Source of the DNA: Tubiluchus corallicola
Lineage: Eukaryota > Animalia > Priapulida
Direction: 5' to 3'
DNA: 64,000 nucleotides
NCBI GenBank assembly: GCA_030141605.1
Contig: JAQGDQ010000043.1
Location: forward strand, 434,001 to 498,000
Shown: positions 28,960 to 42,124 of the stretch, one piece after another
How the letters are laid out: every line of letters begins with the position of its first letter
Position numbering within the stretch: position 1 is the stretch's first letter
Notes under the pieces: model-generated
The model's database searches: none
What the model was told of the DNA's origin: nothing
Seen by the model: the letters and a program-made list of their open reading frames with translations, nothing else
Made by a program: the position numbers and the translations under genes

Positions 28960-31900
28960 TAAGTAGCATTATGGCCCCATCCACGTGTCAGTTATGCAGA
29001 ACGAAACATCCAGCCGCTATAACACGTACAGAATTTAGGCAGCTTACTATCTGTACAAAGTTCTATACGTCCAGGAAATCAGCTCTAGGCGATGGTGACT
29101 TTATCTCAGGGTGGATCGGTCAATTGGTACGCAACTCCTAACGTCAGATCCAGTCAAATTAATGCCGAGAAGCTGGTGCTCATACACTGCGAATTAAATT
29201 ATTTCTCCCAAAATCAGCTTGAAGCTGGTGTAACTTATTTAGATCTTGCAACTATCATCCATGACCATTTCACTAATGAAGAATGCGAGGATGCAAAAGC
29301 AGTCTCTTAGACTTTATTGCGCCGGAAGTCACCGAAAAGCCTGTCTTCACTAAGAACATGATCGGTCCTACAAAGAGAAGGGCAAATGCAATGGACATTC
29401 TTAAGATTTTGCAATATGGGCCAATTATGGACGCAGTACCGTCAGCTAGATTTGAGTCAGCATACTCCCACAAAATGCTACCAATGTCACTGAAATCACT
29501 TGATACATCTGTCATTGTTAAGAAATTCAGCAGGAACTCCATGATTTGAAGGAAAACTCAGTTACTAGGGCTGAGCTTGATGATCTGCCAAAAGTACATC
29601 TGTCCAAAGCAGCGCCTCTCATATCTTCATATACAGATTTATCACAAAATAAAAGTTGCAGCCGGAAGCTGCCTAGAGAGCACTGAACTTGCAAACGCGA
29701 GCAAGCAGCAAACAAGTACCAATATTGTTGATAACGACAATGACTTATTCCCGGTTGTGAAAAACGACGGCGCCACGTAATGTGGATAGTAGAGACTCCA
29801 AGAAAGTCATCACAGGATCTGCTACTGGTCTTGGAGTATTCCTGAAACCGAGCAAACCTCTGCGATGAATATTCATTACCCGTCTAGATCCTAGTACCGA
29901 GGCAACGGAGGTTCAGCGTTTTATAGATGAATCATGCGACTAAATTTAATAAATACTTCTCATTTGTTATAAGCTGCCATGGTACGAACGAGTATGATAA
30001 AATTATGAACACAGAGTAATGGCCAGTTGGTACATTGATAAAGCCATTCTGTACTTCCAGGGTTGCAAAATCGACTGTGAATCAGCATACAACGCAGAAA
30101 ACCATATCATTATCAAACGACGGCAATAGGCCAGCACGCAATAGAGAAGCAGGGAATGACGAGCTTAATCAGCGAACGGAAGGTGGCGGTGCCACTAGCA
30201 GCACCAGTAGCCATGCTGATAATGATGAACTGCAACCAAACACAAATACAGACTCTGAAGGTAGCGAGTATAAATGCAATTCAGTTTTGCACCCTGAGTC
30301 TCAGTAAGCACGAAAGGAACTGCGCAAATCAAGTGAACTGCTACTTTTGCAAGAAACGATGCTGCCTAAAAAGAGCTGGAACACGTTTCTTGCATTCGTC
30401 CAGAATTCTATGGCCATGGAGTTTCACCAACCGACTTGTCTACTGAAATGGCTGGTGGTAGACCACAAGGAGGAAAAAACCTTCCTGCTACCAGAACAAT
30501 ACTTACCTATGATGACGATTACAGAGTAATGGGTAGATCTCTTTTATTTCCTGATAAGTTTATGTCACTTGTATTAATTTCCTTATGAAACTGATAATAA
30601 TTTTGATGAATTTAGGCATTGTCTAGGCAATCTCATCTTTATTATTGAAACTACAGAGTTTAGCTATGCTTGTTGTGTCGGGGATTTCAATTTCTATCCT
30701 CAAAACAGATTTTATGTGGAGCTAAGTGAAACGTGTGATGCTAATGCTATATTATATCTGTGAAAATGCCAAGTAACTCACAACTCAGCCATATGGCTTG
30801 ACCATGTAATTAGTATTATGGCTATGGACTCTTTAATTGGAGATATCTGTGTGAATTATGAACTTACAAGTTCAGATCACATGCCCTTATTACTAAACGT
30901 GCACATAAATCGAATGGTTTTATCGCCTAACGGTGGATCTACACTCAGTGTGAATGATGTTTTGAATGGCCAAGTGTCATGTGATTCGGGCACATTTTAT
31001 AAACAAATAGTGCCTCTTTTTATAGTTACTGCGTTTTATAGTTTTATAGCTACTGGGAAAAAGCTGAAAGAAATCGTCTCCTCGAATACGAAACAATGAC
31101 ACAGTCTTTGTTCTCTGGAATCATAGTCCTGTATGTGGCAACTTATGGACCTCTGTCCGCCAATCATGGACAAAACCTGCCTATGATGCATGACGCAGTT
31201 ATATCTGTACACAATTTTGCAGTTCAGAATACGCTGCCTAGTTATAAGCGTTCACAAAATTATGAATGTATTAAGGATCAAATAATACCTGGCTGGAACG
31301 AATTCGTTTCAGAAAAACAGAAAATTTCGTCGCTGTTTTTTTCAAATTGGTGTGCGAATGGCAAGCCTCAGAATGGGTTTATCGCTAATGAAATGCGACA
31401 GGCACGGTGAGTTTTAAACTTGCGTCGCGTGAATGCGGAATTCAAGAGAAAACAAATATATCAGATAAAATTGCGTACAAACTTATGAACTGTAATTGTT
31501 ATGAATTTTGGACCATGATAAAAAGAGAAACTAATACAAAAATCCACCTATCTCCTAAAATAGATAAAATTTAAGGCGAAAAATCTATATGTGACATGTG
31601 GGGGAAGCAGTACAAAGATATTTTAAATTCTGCAAATAACAGTGACCTTGCGGCAAAACCAGATGTGAAGTTAAGTAGTAACTCGGGTGCTGTGAGTTCT
31701 TTCACTGTGAGATAAGTGCAAGAGTACAAAACTACCACTGCACAAATCAACTGGAAGTGATGCAATTAAATCGGAGCACTTTAGGTATGCTTTGCAAAAG
31801 CTGCCAATAGTATTATAGCTTTTATATAGCGCTTGTATTAGTATTACACATTGTTTTTTGCCTGATTCTCTAATGCTGTCTGTCCGACTGTGAAAGACCA

Positions 31901-32683
31901 CATATTGTTTTTTGATGCATCTAAAGCCTTTGACCGGGTAAAGTGCTATAACTGTTTCTAAAACTGGTCGATACTGATTATGTCCAAAATTATTATGCGA
32001 TTATTAGCTTTTTACTACTCTCAACAAACGATGTTTGTGAGGTGGAGAAATTTTTACTCTGGCACACTTAAAGTAGCAAATGGTGTTCGTCAAGGTGCAA
32101 AAATGTCACCTATACTATTTAATTTATATTTCAGAGACTTGAGTTTGGAGCACACATCTACTGGTCTAGGTTGCCAGATAAGTGCTACTTATATAAATCA
32201 CCTTATGTTTGCTGATGATGGATGTTTACTAGCATCCACTACCGCTGTTTTACAAACTTTAGTTGATATGTATGTTGAATACACAAATAGTCATGACATA
32301 GCAATAAATGTCGATAAGACTAAGCTTATAACAGTTACAACCCCCAGCGTGTGTCAGTTCAATTTCGATTCAGTTGAGGTAGCCGGTACAATAATCAAAC
32401 CGTGTGAAACAGAAAAATATCTTGGCCATGTTATCTCTAGTGACAACAAGGATGATATGGATCTTATCAGGCAACGGGGCCTTTTTTATGCTAGAGCGAA
32501 CCGCATTCTTAGAAAGCTTCATTATGTTAAAAGTTATCTGTTTAACTTTTATTGTAATTCTTTCTGCGGTATGGCAGCCTGGCTTCATTCCAATAACTAC
32601 AGTCTCAACAAACTTAACGTAGCTCACAATATTTCTAAACGCAAATTTTTCATCTATCCATATGATTATAGTGCCACCCACGA
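28960..32683 (+). mobile_element. Near full-length degenerate non-LTR retrotransposon with ORF1 and EN-RT ORF2 (Proto2-like by inference)
   Basis: ORF1 remnants at about 29150-29960. APE motifs LQET, GRPQGG, VGDFN, WLDHV, SDHMP; PGWN..W..NGKP; DASKAFDRV; GVRQG..SPILFNLY, HLMFADD, KYLG, FYARANRILRK. Many frameshifts and stops; ends at a (CT)/(GT) tract. Confidence 0.9.
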
Positions 32684-32698
32684 CTCTCTCTCTCTCTC

Positions 32699-32734
<36 letters not shown>

Positions 32735-32750
32735 CGTGCGTGCGTGTGTG
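32684..32750. repeat. (CT)n-(GT)n-(GCGT)n microsatellite
   Basis: Direct observation. Confidence 0.95.
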
Positions 32751-35056
32751 TTTATTAATAAAAACGGGAATACATTTCTGTTTCCGTATTGATTATGATA
32801 GTTTTGAAACTACTTTAAAATGAATGAACTATTTGAAGAAATATCATTGCCGAACAGAAATTCTAATAGTTGTAATAATGCCTTATCTACTTTCATCATA
32901 GTTCAAAGTAATTATTTTGACATTTAGCGCATCAGTTTTCCATGGTTACCATTGTAAAATTTACAGGATCGTTTTCCGCGTGGCTAGTGAAATATACAAA
33001 AAAGACATTGTTCATATGCCATACCGCTTTAACGTTACAACGTGTGTGGTATTATATTAAAGGATGATTGGACGCTCTACGCTAATCATCAAATCACCAG
33101 GTGGCATGATGGTATCCTCAGTGAAAGCCCCATGCTGGGAAGCATTGAAGTAATAGCTTTGGAAGTACTTGTATAAATAACAATTGTTTGTCTTAAAAAT
33201 TCCAATGTCACAAGTCTTTTATTTCTGTATTACGTATTTGTAATTGCAGCTATTTTCATAGCTTTCACGGTTTTATAAAAAGTGTCTGTAATTAAACTAA
33301 ACTTGCTTCGTGTTAATTACGGTATTTACGAGGCATTCAGAGATTATATCAGTTTGGGGACCAGATTTTTAAAATTTTTATTTATTTATTTAATTTATTT
33401 CGCATAAATGCAGTGCTAATATAAAAAATATACAATAAAATGAATTACAAAGCAATAAAAAGAGTAAAGGGTAAAAGAGTGCATGAATGTTAAAACGTAC
33501 AGGCCTACTTGTACTACTGCAACACAATTGTGAAAGCTTGACGTTCAGATCTTTTTACATTGAAATTAAGACTCAACATACAACCATATTCTAGTTTCAG
33601 ATCAGCATCACTATCATTCATACAATAAATGACACGTATTCGTTCATTTTAAATGCCCAGTTTATTGCCACAACTCACCATAAGTAAAACTCATAGTTGA
33701 GAGCTAAGATTTTTCAAAGACTTTTACTTGTGTAAAAAATTGCCGTGTCTCACTAATAATTATCCATAATAATAATGATGCATTGAATAATTATAATAAT
33801 AATTATTATTATTAATTATTTTCTTATAAGCTGCATGAAGTATAAACTGCATATAAGTATCTCGTGTTCTAACTTCAAATACGGGTGGTGTTGTAAGTCT
33901 TTGAGTAGTGATGGACACTTTGGTGTTCTTATGGAGTTTGGTACAATTATGCTTGTAGCGGAATTTATTATGAAGAATAATCCTCTACAATAAGATACAG
34001 GATCAGTAGAGATGCCGTATAAACATTCTTTTTCAGCAAGAGACAGTGGAGTAGAAAAGGTCACATAGTATCTGGGAATCAGCTTACTGCTGTGCTAGTC
34101 CATTTTGTCAAACAAAAGTTTTATCCATTTTGTTCAAGCAGTGTTTTTATCACTAACTGGCACACATTTAAAAATTGGCCTGCATTTATTAATTAGACTG
34201 CATTTGGCTACATTATCAATGTCGTTGTTGGTGTTTACATAATATTATGTAGCTTTTTATGCATTGATATAGTGAATTAGGAGCACTGGATAGGTGGAAG
34301 GTATATTTTTGACTTAAACTAATACGCTCAACGTAAACTAGGGTTAGTTTAAGACCACTTAAAGTGAAAACTAAACTTAGAGCTAAATGTAAAACTGGTA
34401 GCAATGTTGTAATATGCCAAATGTATTTATATTATTTAAGTGTAATATGAAAAACCAGCTTGAAACAGAAATCAATGTGTCATTATTGAAAGTAAACTTT
34501 GCATGGTGGCGCCACCTTTTTTGAAACCGTTAATCTTTTATTTTACACTGTTGAGCACGTTTTGTTTAGAGTTTTATTTCGGCACATTAAAAATGCTGCA
34601 CATATATGAATAAGCGGCCGCAGTAGTAGTAATAAACGATTGTTCATACACAAAAATTATTACAAAGAGAGCTAAACTATCTAAATGTAATTAAGACACA
34701 TAAAACCTGCAAACAACAAAATTTTTCACTAAATTGTGCGTCAGTTTGATTATGTAAGAGATAGTATTATTTACACACTGTATTTTCAGTAGCTCTGTGA
34801 ATGACGCAGTGCATGCCGAGAGATACAGTCTTCAAAATTATTACTGATTAATATTGCTTTCTCCGTATACACTGGAAGATGGGTGTGTGTGGTAACCTCG
34901 CGAAATATAGCTATTATTAAAAAACCTTGTTGTACATAACTCTCTTGTGTTTATTAAATTGTAACCTCACAAATCAAAATCTCACTATAATAGTTAAACA
35001 TGGATATGAGCTTTAGAACCTCTTTCACATTTAGAAAAGCCTATATTTTTTGTTTA

Positions 35057-35200
35057 GAAGGTGATTGGCCGAGTGATCATAGCTTGTGCTTTCAGAGATA
35101 GAAATTAAACAAGCCTGGGCTCGGCCATTAAATTAATGGGTGACCTTCTGGATTGCTCTAGTTGTTGCTTGCTGACCCAAGCTATTTCGTACCATTAATT
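35057..35200 (+). mobile_element. SINE-like remnant with tRNA A-box head followed by 5S rRNA-like segment
   Basis: TGGCCGAGTG A-box, then gaaattaaacaagcctgggctcggccattaaattaatgggtgacc, resembling the 5S internal control region (GAAGCTAAGCAGGGTCGGGCCTGGTTAGTACTTGGATGGGAGACC). Confidence 0.45.
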
Positions 35201-36445
35201 ATGTGTTAGAGTAACTAAAACCGCCTAAATATGGGCTTGGAGGAAGCCAATGTTTAGTTGCGTATCACTTAATGAAAAAAGCGCTCCTTGAACAAAACGG
35301 AAAAACTCGTTTCAAATGGATTTGGGCAGTAGTATCGGATTCGAAAGTTGCTCACGACATTTTTGTGTTTGCTACGGTCACTTTTATTGTTATTTTAGGC
35401 TTCTTTTGACCCTTTGGTGCTTGGGTAGATTAATGCTTGTTTCTTACCCAAGCCAAGAATAAGCCTAGTAATAATGATGAAGCTAAAAGAATAAATGGTC
35501 TCGTCACCGTTATTTGAACCCGTCTCGTTGTCAGGACGTTCAGGACAGCCTATTTTACCACCCCAAGCAGACTTTTGTAGGTTCTACCGTTCTATGCTAG
35601 AGAGATGAAGGCTGAAAGAGAATGTCGTAAGTTTGGAGTGCCTTGAGTCCCGAATTTCCTTACACACATTCAACTTTCATTGAGTATATGAATCATTAAA
35701 TTGGCTCTATATGCTTTACGCAGCCGCATGATTAGCAAAGTATGTTCCTGTTATTTTCGGGCTAATTTAAGAGCTAAGTAGAGAGCAGTTAGAAATAACT
35801 TAACATGCTTTGGCCGCGCTGTTCGCTGTTTTATTTGGCCTTGGGCAGCCATAGTTCAACGTTTATCGGTCGTAAATTGAAGTAAAACTCAATGCATTCT
35901 ACAGTCAGTGTGTTAGAGTACAACAAAATGGCGTAAGTGTTTTTGCTGCCTGTGTCAAGCTAAACAGTTCAGTGCTTTTTTGAATAAATTAAAAACACAA
36001 GTGTTACAGTTTGATTGACTCACATGGAATTTAATTAACTCAGGAAACGGGTGAGTTTATGTATCATTCGCATTGTATATTTATTTTTCTACATGATAAG
36101 AGATTAAAGCATTGCAATTTTATTAATCTTTGACGTGAAGTTAAACAAGCACATTTTAATTTAAGAGGTTTACTTATGCACAGTGGTATAACCACTCTTA
36201 TTATAATTATGCATATAGCCCGTTTTAGAAGTATCCTTGCTATGGTGTATTAGTGCTTAATTTAGTAACATAGGTAGCAATATGTATAGCACACATTACC
36301 ACTTAGACATTTTTATGTTTTAGCAATCCAGCATATGAGACTGAAAGCAAGAACTATGTAATGGAAAATAAGCAGGAAGTTGGAAGAAAAGCTATTACAG
36401 TTTAATGTACATTTCACATCTACCAGCATCGGTTTTGGCAAAGAG

Positions 36446-36816
36446 ATGGCACCACCAGTCATGTCGGATTCTCACAGTGACACCGTGCTAGCAAACAGGC
36501 ATGCAAAAATTGGGATATACTTTGGACTAGGATTTGTTCTTCTAGGTGTTACATTGTTTTTTGTGATGACACAAGTTGAGAATTCGATTCTCTACATGAT
36601 GCCAATGATGATAACGTCTATTGGGCTCATAGCAGTGGTGGCCTTTTCTATTTACAAATCAGTTTTACATTCCAGGACTGAGTATTATAGAGCAGTTGAG
36701 TCGCTGAGGCAGAATAGGGCAGAGTTGAGGAGACTCCGCACAAGAGAAGTAGAATCTTCTCGGCCTACGATGACGGTGTTTATTATTCCTCTTGACACCA
36801 GAGACAGTCAGCTAAG
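36446..36816 (+). CDS. Two-TM protein with cytoplasmic PY motifs, coding exon 1
   Basis: ATG 36446 (gagATGG); hydrophobic segments IGIYFGLGFVLLGVTLFFVM and ILYMMPMMITSIGLIAVVAFSIY; donor CTA AG|gtat (phase 2). A probable 5' UTR intron spans 36051-36323 (gtgagt...ttttag). Confidence 0.8.
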
Positions 36817-38047
36817 GTATAATTCTCTTGAATGTTTCACATTTTCACGTTTACTTGGTATTTTTTGTTAGTAAGATTGGTAAAGAGATTGTGAAAAAAC
36901 GAATTCAAAAGAGCATTGAAACAAAATAATAACTCAATCCATAATCAATTCGCTAAGGCGTTACCAGTTGTTGTCTGCAAATAAATTTATTCGGATTTGT
37001 GACATTTGCTGAAATTTTAATGGAATTTGTTGAAACCGGTCCGCCGAAACATTGATTTTTTTATTTTTTTGTTTATATGCTTTATCATGAAAGTGATAAT
37101 GTTTAATATAAATCAGGAAAATTTATCTTGATCTTAACTCTTTTTTTCTGCCACAATGTTGCTCTAACACATAAAGAACTGTTGGCCTAATTTTTATATT
37201 TTGTTTAATAATAATATTTTTGTGAATATCAACGATAACCAGGCAACATTGCTAATTTATGCAGTTACTTTTTGAAAGTGCATTGTTTAAATGGAATTTA
37301 AAAAAAATTTACACAGCTCGACAACTGCAAGCAAAAACCAACCGTTATTATTGCTTTAGGTTTTGAATACATTTTAACTTTAGCCGAAAAGGGGTTTTTG
37401 TATTATGTTGACGACTAAACAAAGTAACAAATTATCCCACTGAATGTTTTATTTAATTATTTAATGTATGTTAATAATACGTGTTACTAGAATGATCCGA
37501 AAAATTATTTATTTGTTGCAAACACAGATTGTAAAACTATAATTCGATACTTGCAGGAAAACTACTAAGAACGGTTGCTTGTTTATCTGTCCCTGCCTGC
37601 CATGTAGAATGCACCTGCCTGATGAACGTTTTAAGGCAGCATACTACTAAGTGAAGAATGTACACAAATTTGAAATTTTCTTGAACTGATCGTTAGAAAA
37701 ATAACTTCTCAAACGTGAAAGTTCAAGAATGGTAATAAACTGCCCACGTGTACTATCTGGCACTCGTGCTTTGTAATAAGTATAAATAATTGTTTCCAAT
37801 AAGAGCGAGGCACAGTTGCATAATACATTATAAATATTTAATTACTACAAGTTTGAATAATTTTCATTGTACACATCAATAGTTGTGACAGGATCGGGCT
37901 CCCAATATCAAAAATAACCAATCAAGATGAGCCAGTGAACCGTCTGATGTTTTTCGCCATGTTTCTTTACAAATAACTAAGCAGTTTAGGTTAGATTAGA
38001 TAAGATTGCAGAATGTTGATTGTTAAATGTTTGTAAATAATTTTCAG

Positions 38048-38279
38048 GAATATTCCAGATCTTCCTTCATATGATCATATCATGAGTGAAGTTGGGACCA
38101 TTGTACCTGATTACAGTGAACTATCGTCTGGTTGTGACCTCCCCGCAGAATGTAGACCACCTGATTTTCCACCTGCTTATAAACAGTGCTGCATTGATGG
38201 TGATGATGACGCCATTAGCACTGATGATAGCGTAACGTTACCAACCTATGAAGCAATTACTAAAGACTGTGATCAATAA
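38048..38279 (+). CDS. Two-TM PY-motif protein, coding exon 2
   Basis: ttttcag|G AAT ATT CCA, phase-compatible; encodes DLPSYDHI...FPPAYKQ...TLPTYEAI...*. Total about 200 aa. Confidence 0.8.
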
Positions 38280-38808
38280 TTACAGGGACACAAGAGATGC
38301 AAGGTCGAAAGGCCTGTAATTTATAATAGAAATCAGGGAATTTTTTGAAGAATCACGATTAGCGTGATGCTTTGTGCCAAATTTGAGTATACATTTTTGT
38401 GGGATGGTGAGATTTATAACACTGAAATACAGTTTGATGTTGTTACGTATTGGTACAATTTTAAAAATATACTTTATTTTTCAAAAAAACCTGAAATATT
38501 TATGGACAATATCTGAAAAAAAAACTGATTATACATAGTTACAATAACATGGACGAAGTTTACGTAGTAAAAAATATATGCGTTGCGCGATAGAATAAAT
38601 ACCAAAAGCAAAATAGTATAGTAGCAATGTCTTTTTTAATTTCAATATAAAAATACTGATAAGGATAGTATTTAATTTTGGTCGTTAATTCACGGTTAAT
38701 TTGCTCTAAATTTAAAAAAGCGCACTAGGAATGTTGGGCTTGGTAATTTCTGGAACTCGAGAGTATGTATGTAGAACAGCAAAGAAAATATGGTTATTAC
38801 TTTAACAG

Positions 38809-39247
38809 TCACAGTGAATTGGTTGATAGTTCATAAGAGCCCCAGATGATTTCTTCCTTCCATTTTTCGTTTTTATTTACACTCCGGGGTAAATTTGGAA
38901 CATTCGTTTTTAAACTTTCAATGTCATGATTCGAAAACAAGTTAGAAAAGTCAAGAGTAACATTCAGCATGCTTATTTCTTCCAAGAGTTCTTGAACATT
39001 TAAAATGTCTAAGTCCTTCCAAGGTGTGTCTGCTGTACGCATCTGATGACTGCGTCGTTTGCGTTGTTGGTTGTTATTATTCAAGTTGTTCAACATTTGT
39101 CTCATTGTTTCCAGGTTGACTGGGGTCCGGCAAGGTCGACACATACAGGCGGTTGCTCGTTTAACTAATTTCCGGATTACTGGCGGGTTTCTGCCCGGAC
39201 ACTGGATATAAACCATTGTTAAAGCTTGGCTGGTTGGTTCACAACAA
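38809..39247 (-). CDS. burs: Bursicon-alpha-like cystine-knot protein, exon 5 (end of knot plus C-terminal extension)
   Basis: ttttag|T TGT TGT GAA: CCEPTSQALTMVYIQCPGRNPPVIRKLVKRATACMCRPC, then ...QQRKRRSHQ... to stop. CMCRPC is the bursicon-alpha-type terminus. Confidence 0.85.
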
Positions 39248-39666
39248 CTAAAACAAGTTTTGCAAATTTCATTATAATTTTATTAACCAGCTTTAACTAA
39301 TTAACTTTCACAGTTAAACCGAACATATCTGCTATACTTCTACCTACGTAGCAACTTGTACTACCTTTTCAGCTCCATCAAGTTTCTCGCATTCATACGT
39401 AATAGCTTTGCTAGTTATTAGTTAGCTTATCACTTATAGTTTAATACTTATATCGTAACACCTTCAAATCGTGCGATAGAACATTTAACGAACCGACGCA
39501 ATGAAGAACAAGTAATTCTGGTTGTGAAACCTGTCAAGTTTTACTAAGGTTGCTAAACGACCTTCATTTGCATGTTGAGCAACAACTTGACAAGAACGGT
39601 TACGATGTGCGATTCGTGCTGGCAAGCAGGTACGATGTAGTTATTATTGTTACTGTTTTCACCTAC

Positions 39667-39768
39667 CTGCAATAATTCATTTGCATCTGAGGATGTCGGC
39701 TATCTATTCTGCTGTAACTTAAGCAAGAACCGAGGCAACCAGCGGTTGGTACATTCACCGTAGAACAT
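39667..39768 (-). CDS. burs: Bursicon-alpha-like protein, exon 4
   Basis: aatacag|A TGT...TGC AG|gtaggt, phase 2-2: CSTVNVPTAGCLGSCLSYSRIDSRHPQMQMNYC (CxGxC knot motif). Not in the ORF track. Confidence 0.88.
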
Positions 39769-39803
39769 CTGTATTAACAAAACGTGAAACAGTTAAAACA
39801 TGA

Positions 39804-40189
39804 CACTCGGTGTCTTGATCTTGCAAAGTTTCGACTTCTTTATAAGCCATCATCATGCAAATTTTTTTGAAAACAGATTTCAATGCAAATAATATATTAC
39901 ATTAATGAGCTACCCCTGCTACCTACACCAAAAACAACATCTGCTGCACCTATTTAAACAAACAAATAACAAAACAAGCACATACCCCTTTGCTATTTAT
40001 ACTTGTTTGTTTAATTAGGTGTAGCATATTGTTTTAAGTGCGGGTAGTAAGGGGTCAGTTATTAATGTAATATTCTATAGTATTTTCTGTCTTAAAATCT
40101 GTCTGCATTAAAATCTAGGAATTCACATAAAATTTTCATAACGATACTTTTTAAAAAATCGAAATTTTGCAAGATCAAGATGCTGAGTG
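39804..40189. mobile_element. Fold-back/palindromic MITE-like element
   Basis: Whole-length imperfect inverted repeat: cactcggtgtcttgatcttgcaaa / tttgcaagatcaagatgctgagtg; tattacattaat / attaatgtaata; taaacaaacaa / ttgtttgttta. Confidence 0.8.
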
Positions 40190-40539
40190 GTAATAAAGTT
40201 TTGATGTTTGGCACATCGTTGTTGTTAAATTTTTAGATTAAACTGTGATTCCCAATTTTAAAGACTATTTCTAGTTTTAAACCGTACCAAACCAACAAAT
40301 CAACAACATAATATAATGTAGTGTAATTTGATACATTACATTGTTTTAAAGTAACGTAACTGTAATGTTGCAAAGCAATGTAAGTGTGGTGAAGTGTGTT
40401 ACAATACATTACAGTACAATATTAATAAAAATAATTGACAGGCTATCGATCTTTGCAGTGTCTGGACTGTGGTAGTATTTTTTGTTAAGGCAAGTTAGCT
40501 CAAGATCTTAAATTCATTTTTGTTAAATTTGCCAGGCCA

Positions 40540-40975
40540 CGTCCACTTTTGGAAAATACCCAATGCACATTTGCCCTTACCAGCTACCCAAACGTGCAAA
40601 AAATGCTGAGTGACAAAGCCACTTGCCCTAATTTTCACGTTTTGGCTCAAATGGGGTAAGCTCTGACCCACAAGTCACTGCTTCCAGGCCAATTTTTGAT
40701 GTCCCAGATGTTTGAGCTGTAAGTTCGAGATTCTAGCTCTTATACTTTTTTGAGTTATTGAGATGAACCGATTTTAATACCTTCGCACGTGTTAAGTCAC
40801 CTGGGACGCCCATTTTTTGAAAAGTACATAATGCACATCTGCCCTTACCCAGCTATACGTGCATAAACATTGACTCCAGCTCCAAAACTGTAATAGGAGT
40901 TGAGTGACAAAGCCGTTTTCGCTAACTTTCACTTTTTGGCTCTTATCGCGGCGACCTTTGACCCAGAGGTCACCA
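40540..40975. repeat. Internally duplicated repeat element (HINE-like body)
   Basis: aatgcacat(t/c)tgcccttacc..agcta...gagtgacaaagcc occurs twice (about 40560 and 40830), with tgaccc..aggtcac-type motifs. Confidence 0.5.
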
Positions 40976-41089
40976 GTTTTACTTTGCTCCTCCTCCACCT
41001 GTTTCTTATACAGTTCAACACTGCAATGTACGCCGGAAAGCACTGAAAGGCAGTTGTTACTCTAACAGATGTTTGTGACGTGACTGAAT

Positions 41090-41292
41090 TATAGCACATT
41101 AATAAAGATCTACCTCTAAGATGACCACTGATCTGGCAGAGGTGTCTCCTGCTCAATCCAGAGATGTGTATGCACTCACTCGGAATCCCTCTAGGTGTTA
41201 AACAGCCTAGGTTCACGCATGATAACACTCGGAGGATCCAAGCTACGCCACTCTGCACGAAGAGCAGGAACTCTACCACTAGACTACAGCAC
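41090..41292 (-). mobile_element. tRNA-derived SINE-like element
   Basis: Minus strand begins tgtagtctagtggtagagttcctgctct...gcttggatcc (A-box plus degenerate B-box). Confidence 0.45.
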
Positions 41293-41294
41293 AT

Positions 41295-41768
<474 letters not shown>

Positions 41769-41953
41769 ATGTACTTTTCACTTGTGGGTGGGTGCTCTCA
41801 AGCATGTGTCTTGTAGTAAAAGGTTATCTACCCTCCGTAAAAAATCTCCTATTTTTGCTGCACATCACAAAAGAAAGAATTAAGCGTGTTAAAGATCCCA
41901 AGAAGGTAAAGTTATGGTGACGTGAGATTGTTCTAAAAAGCTTATAAACGTAC

Positions 41954-42124
41954 CTTGGATCAGAGTATGTAATTCTTAACACTAGAGGCGTGTGTCTACA
42001 TTCCGCTTCTGGTCGTCGATTCAAATGATTACTCAGGCTGCTTAAACGATCTCTCAAGCCCGCTAAATTAGTGCCAGTCACGCTCAGTGGCAGGTTGGTT
42101 CTCTTGCTTACTCCGTAAATCTCA
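41954..42124 (-). CDS. burs: Bursicon-alpha-like protein, exon 3 (pro-region and first Cys)
   Basis: tttaaacag|T GAG...CCA AG|gtacgt, phase 2-2: EIYGVSKRTNLP...NRRPEAECRHTPLVLRITYSDP(R). Confidence 0.82.
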
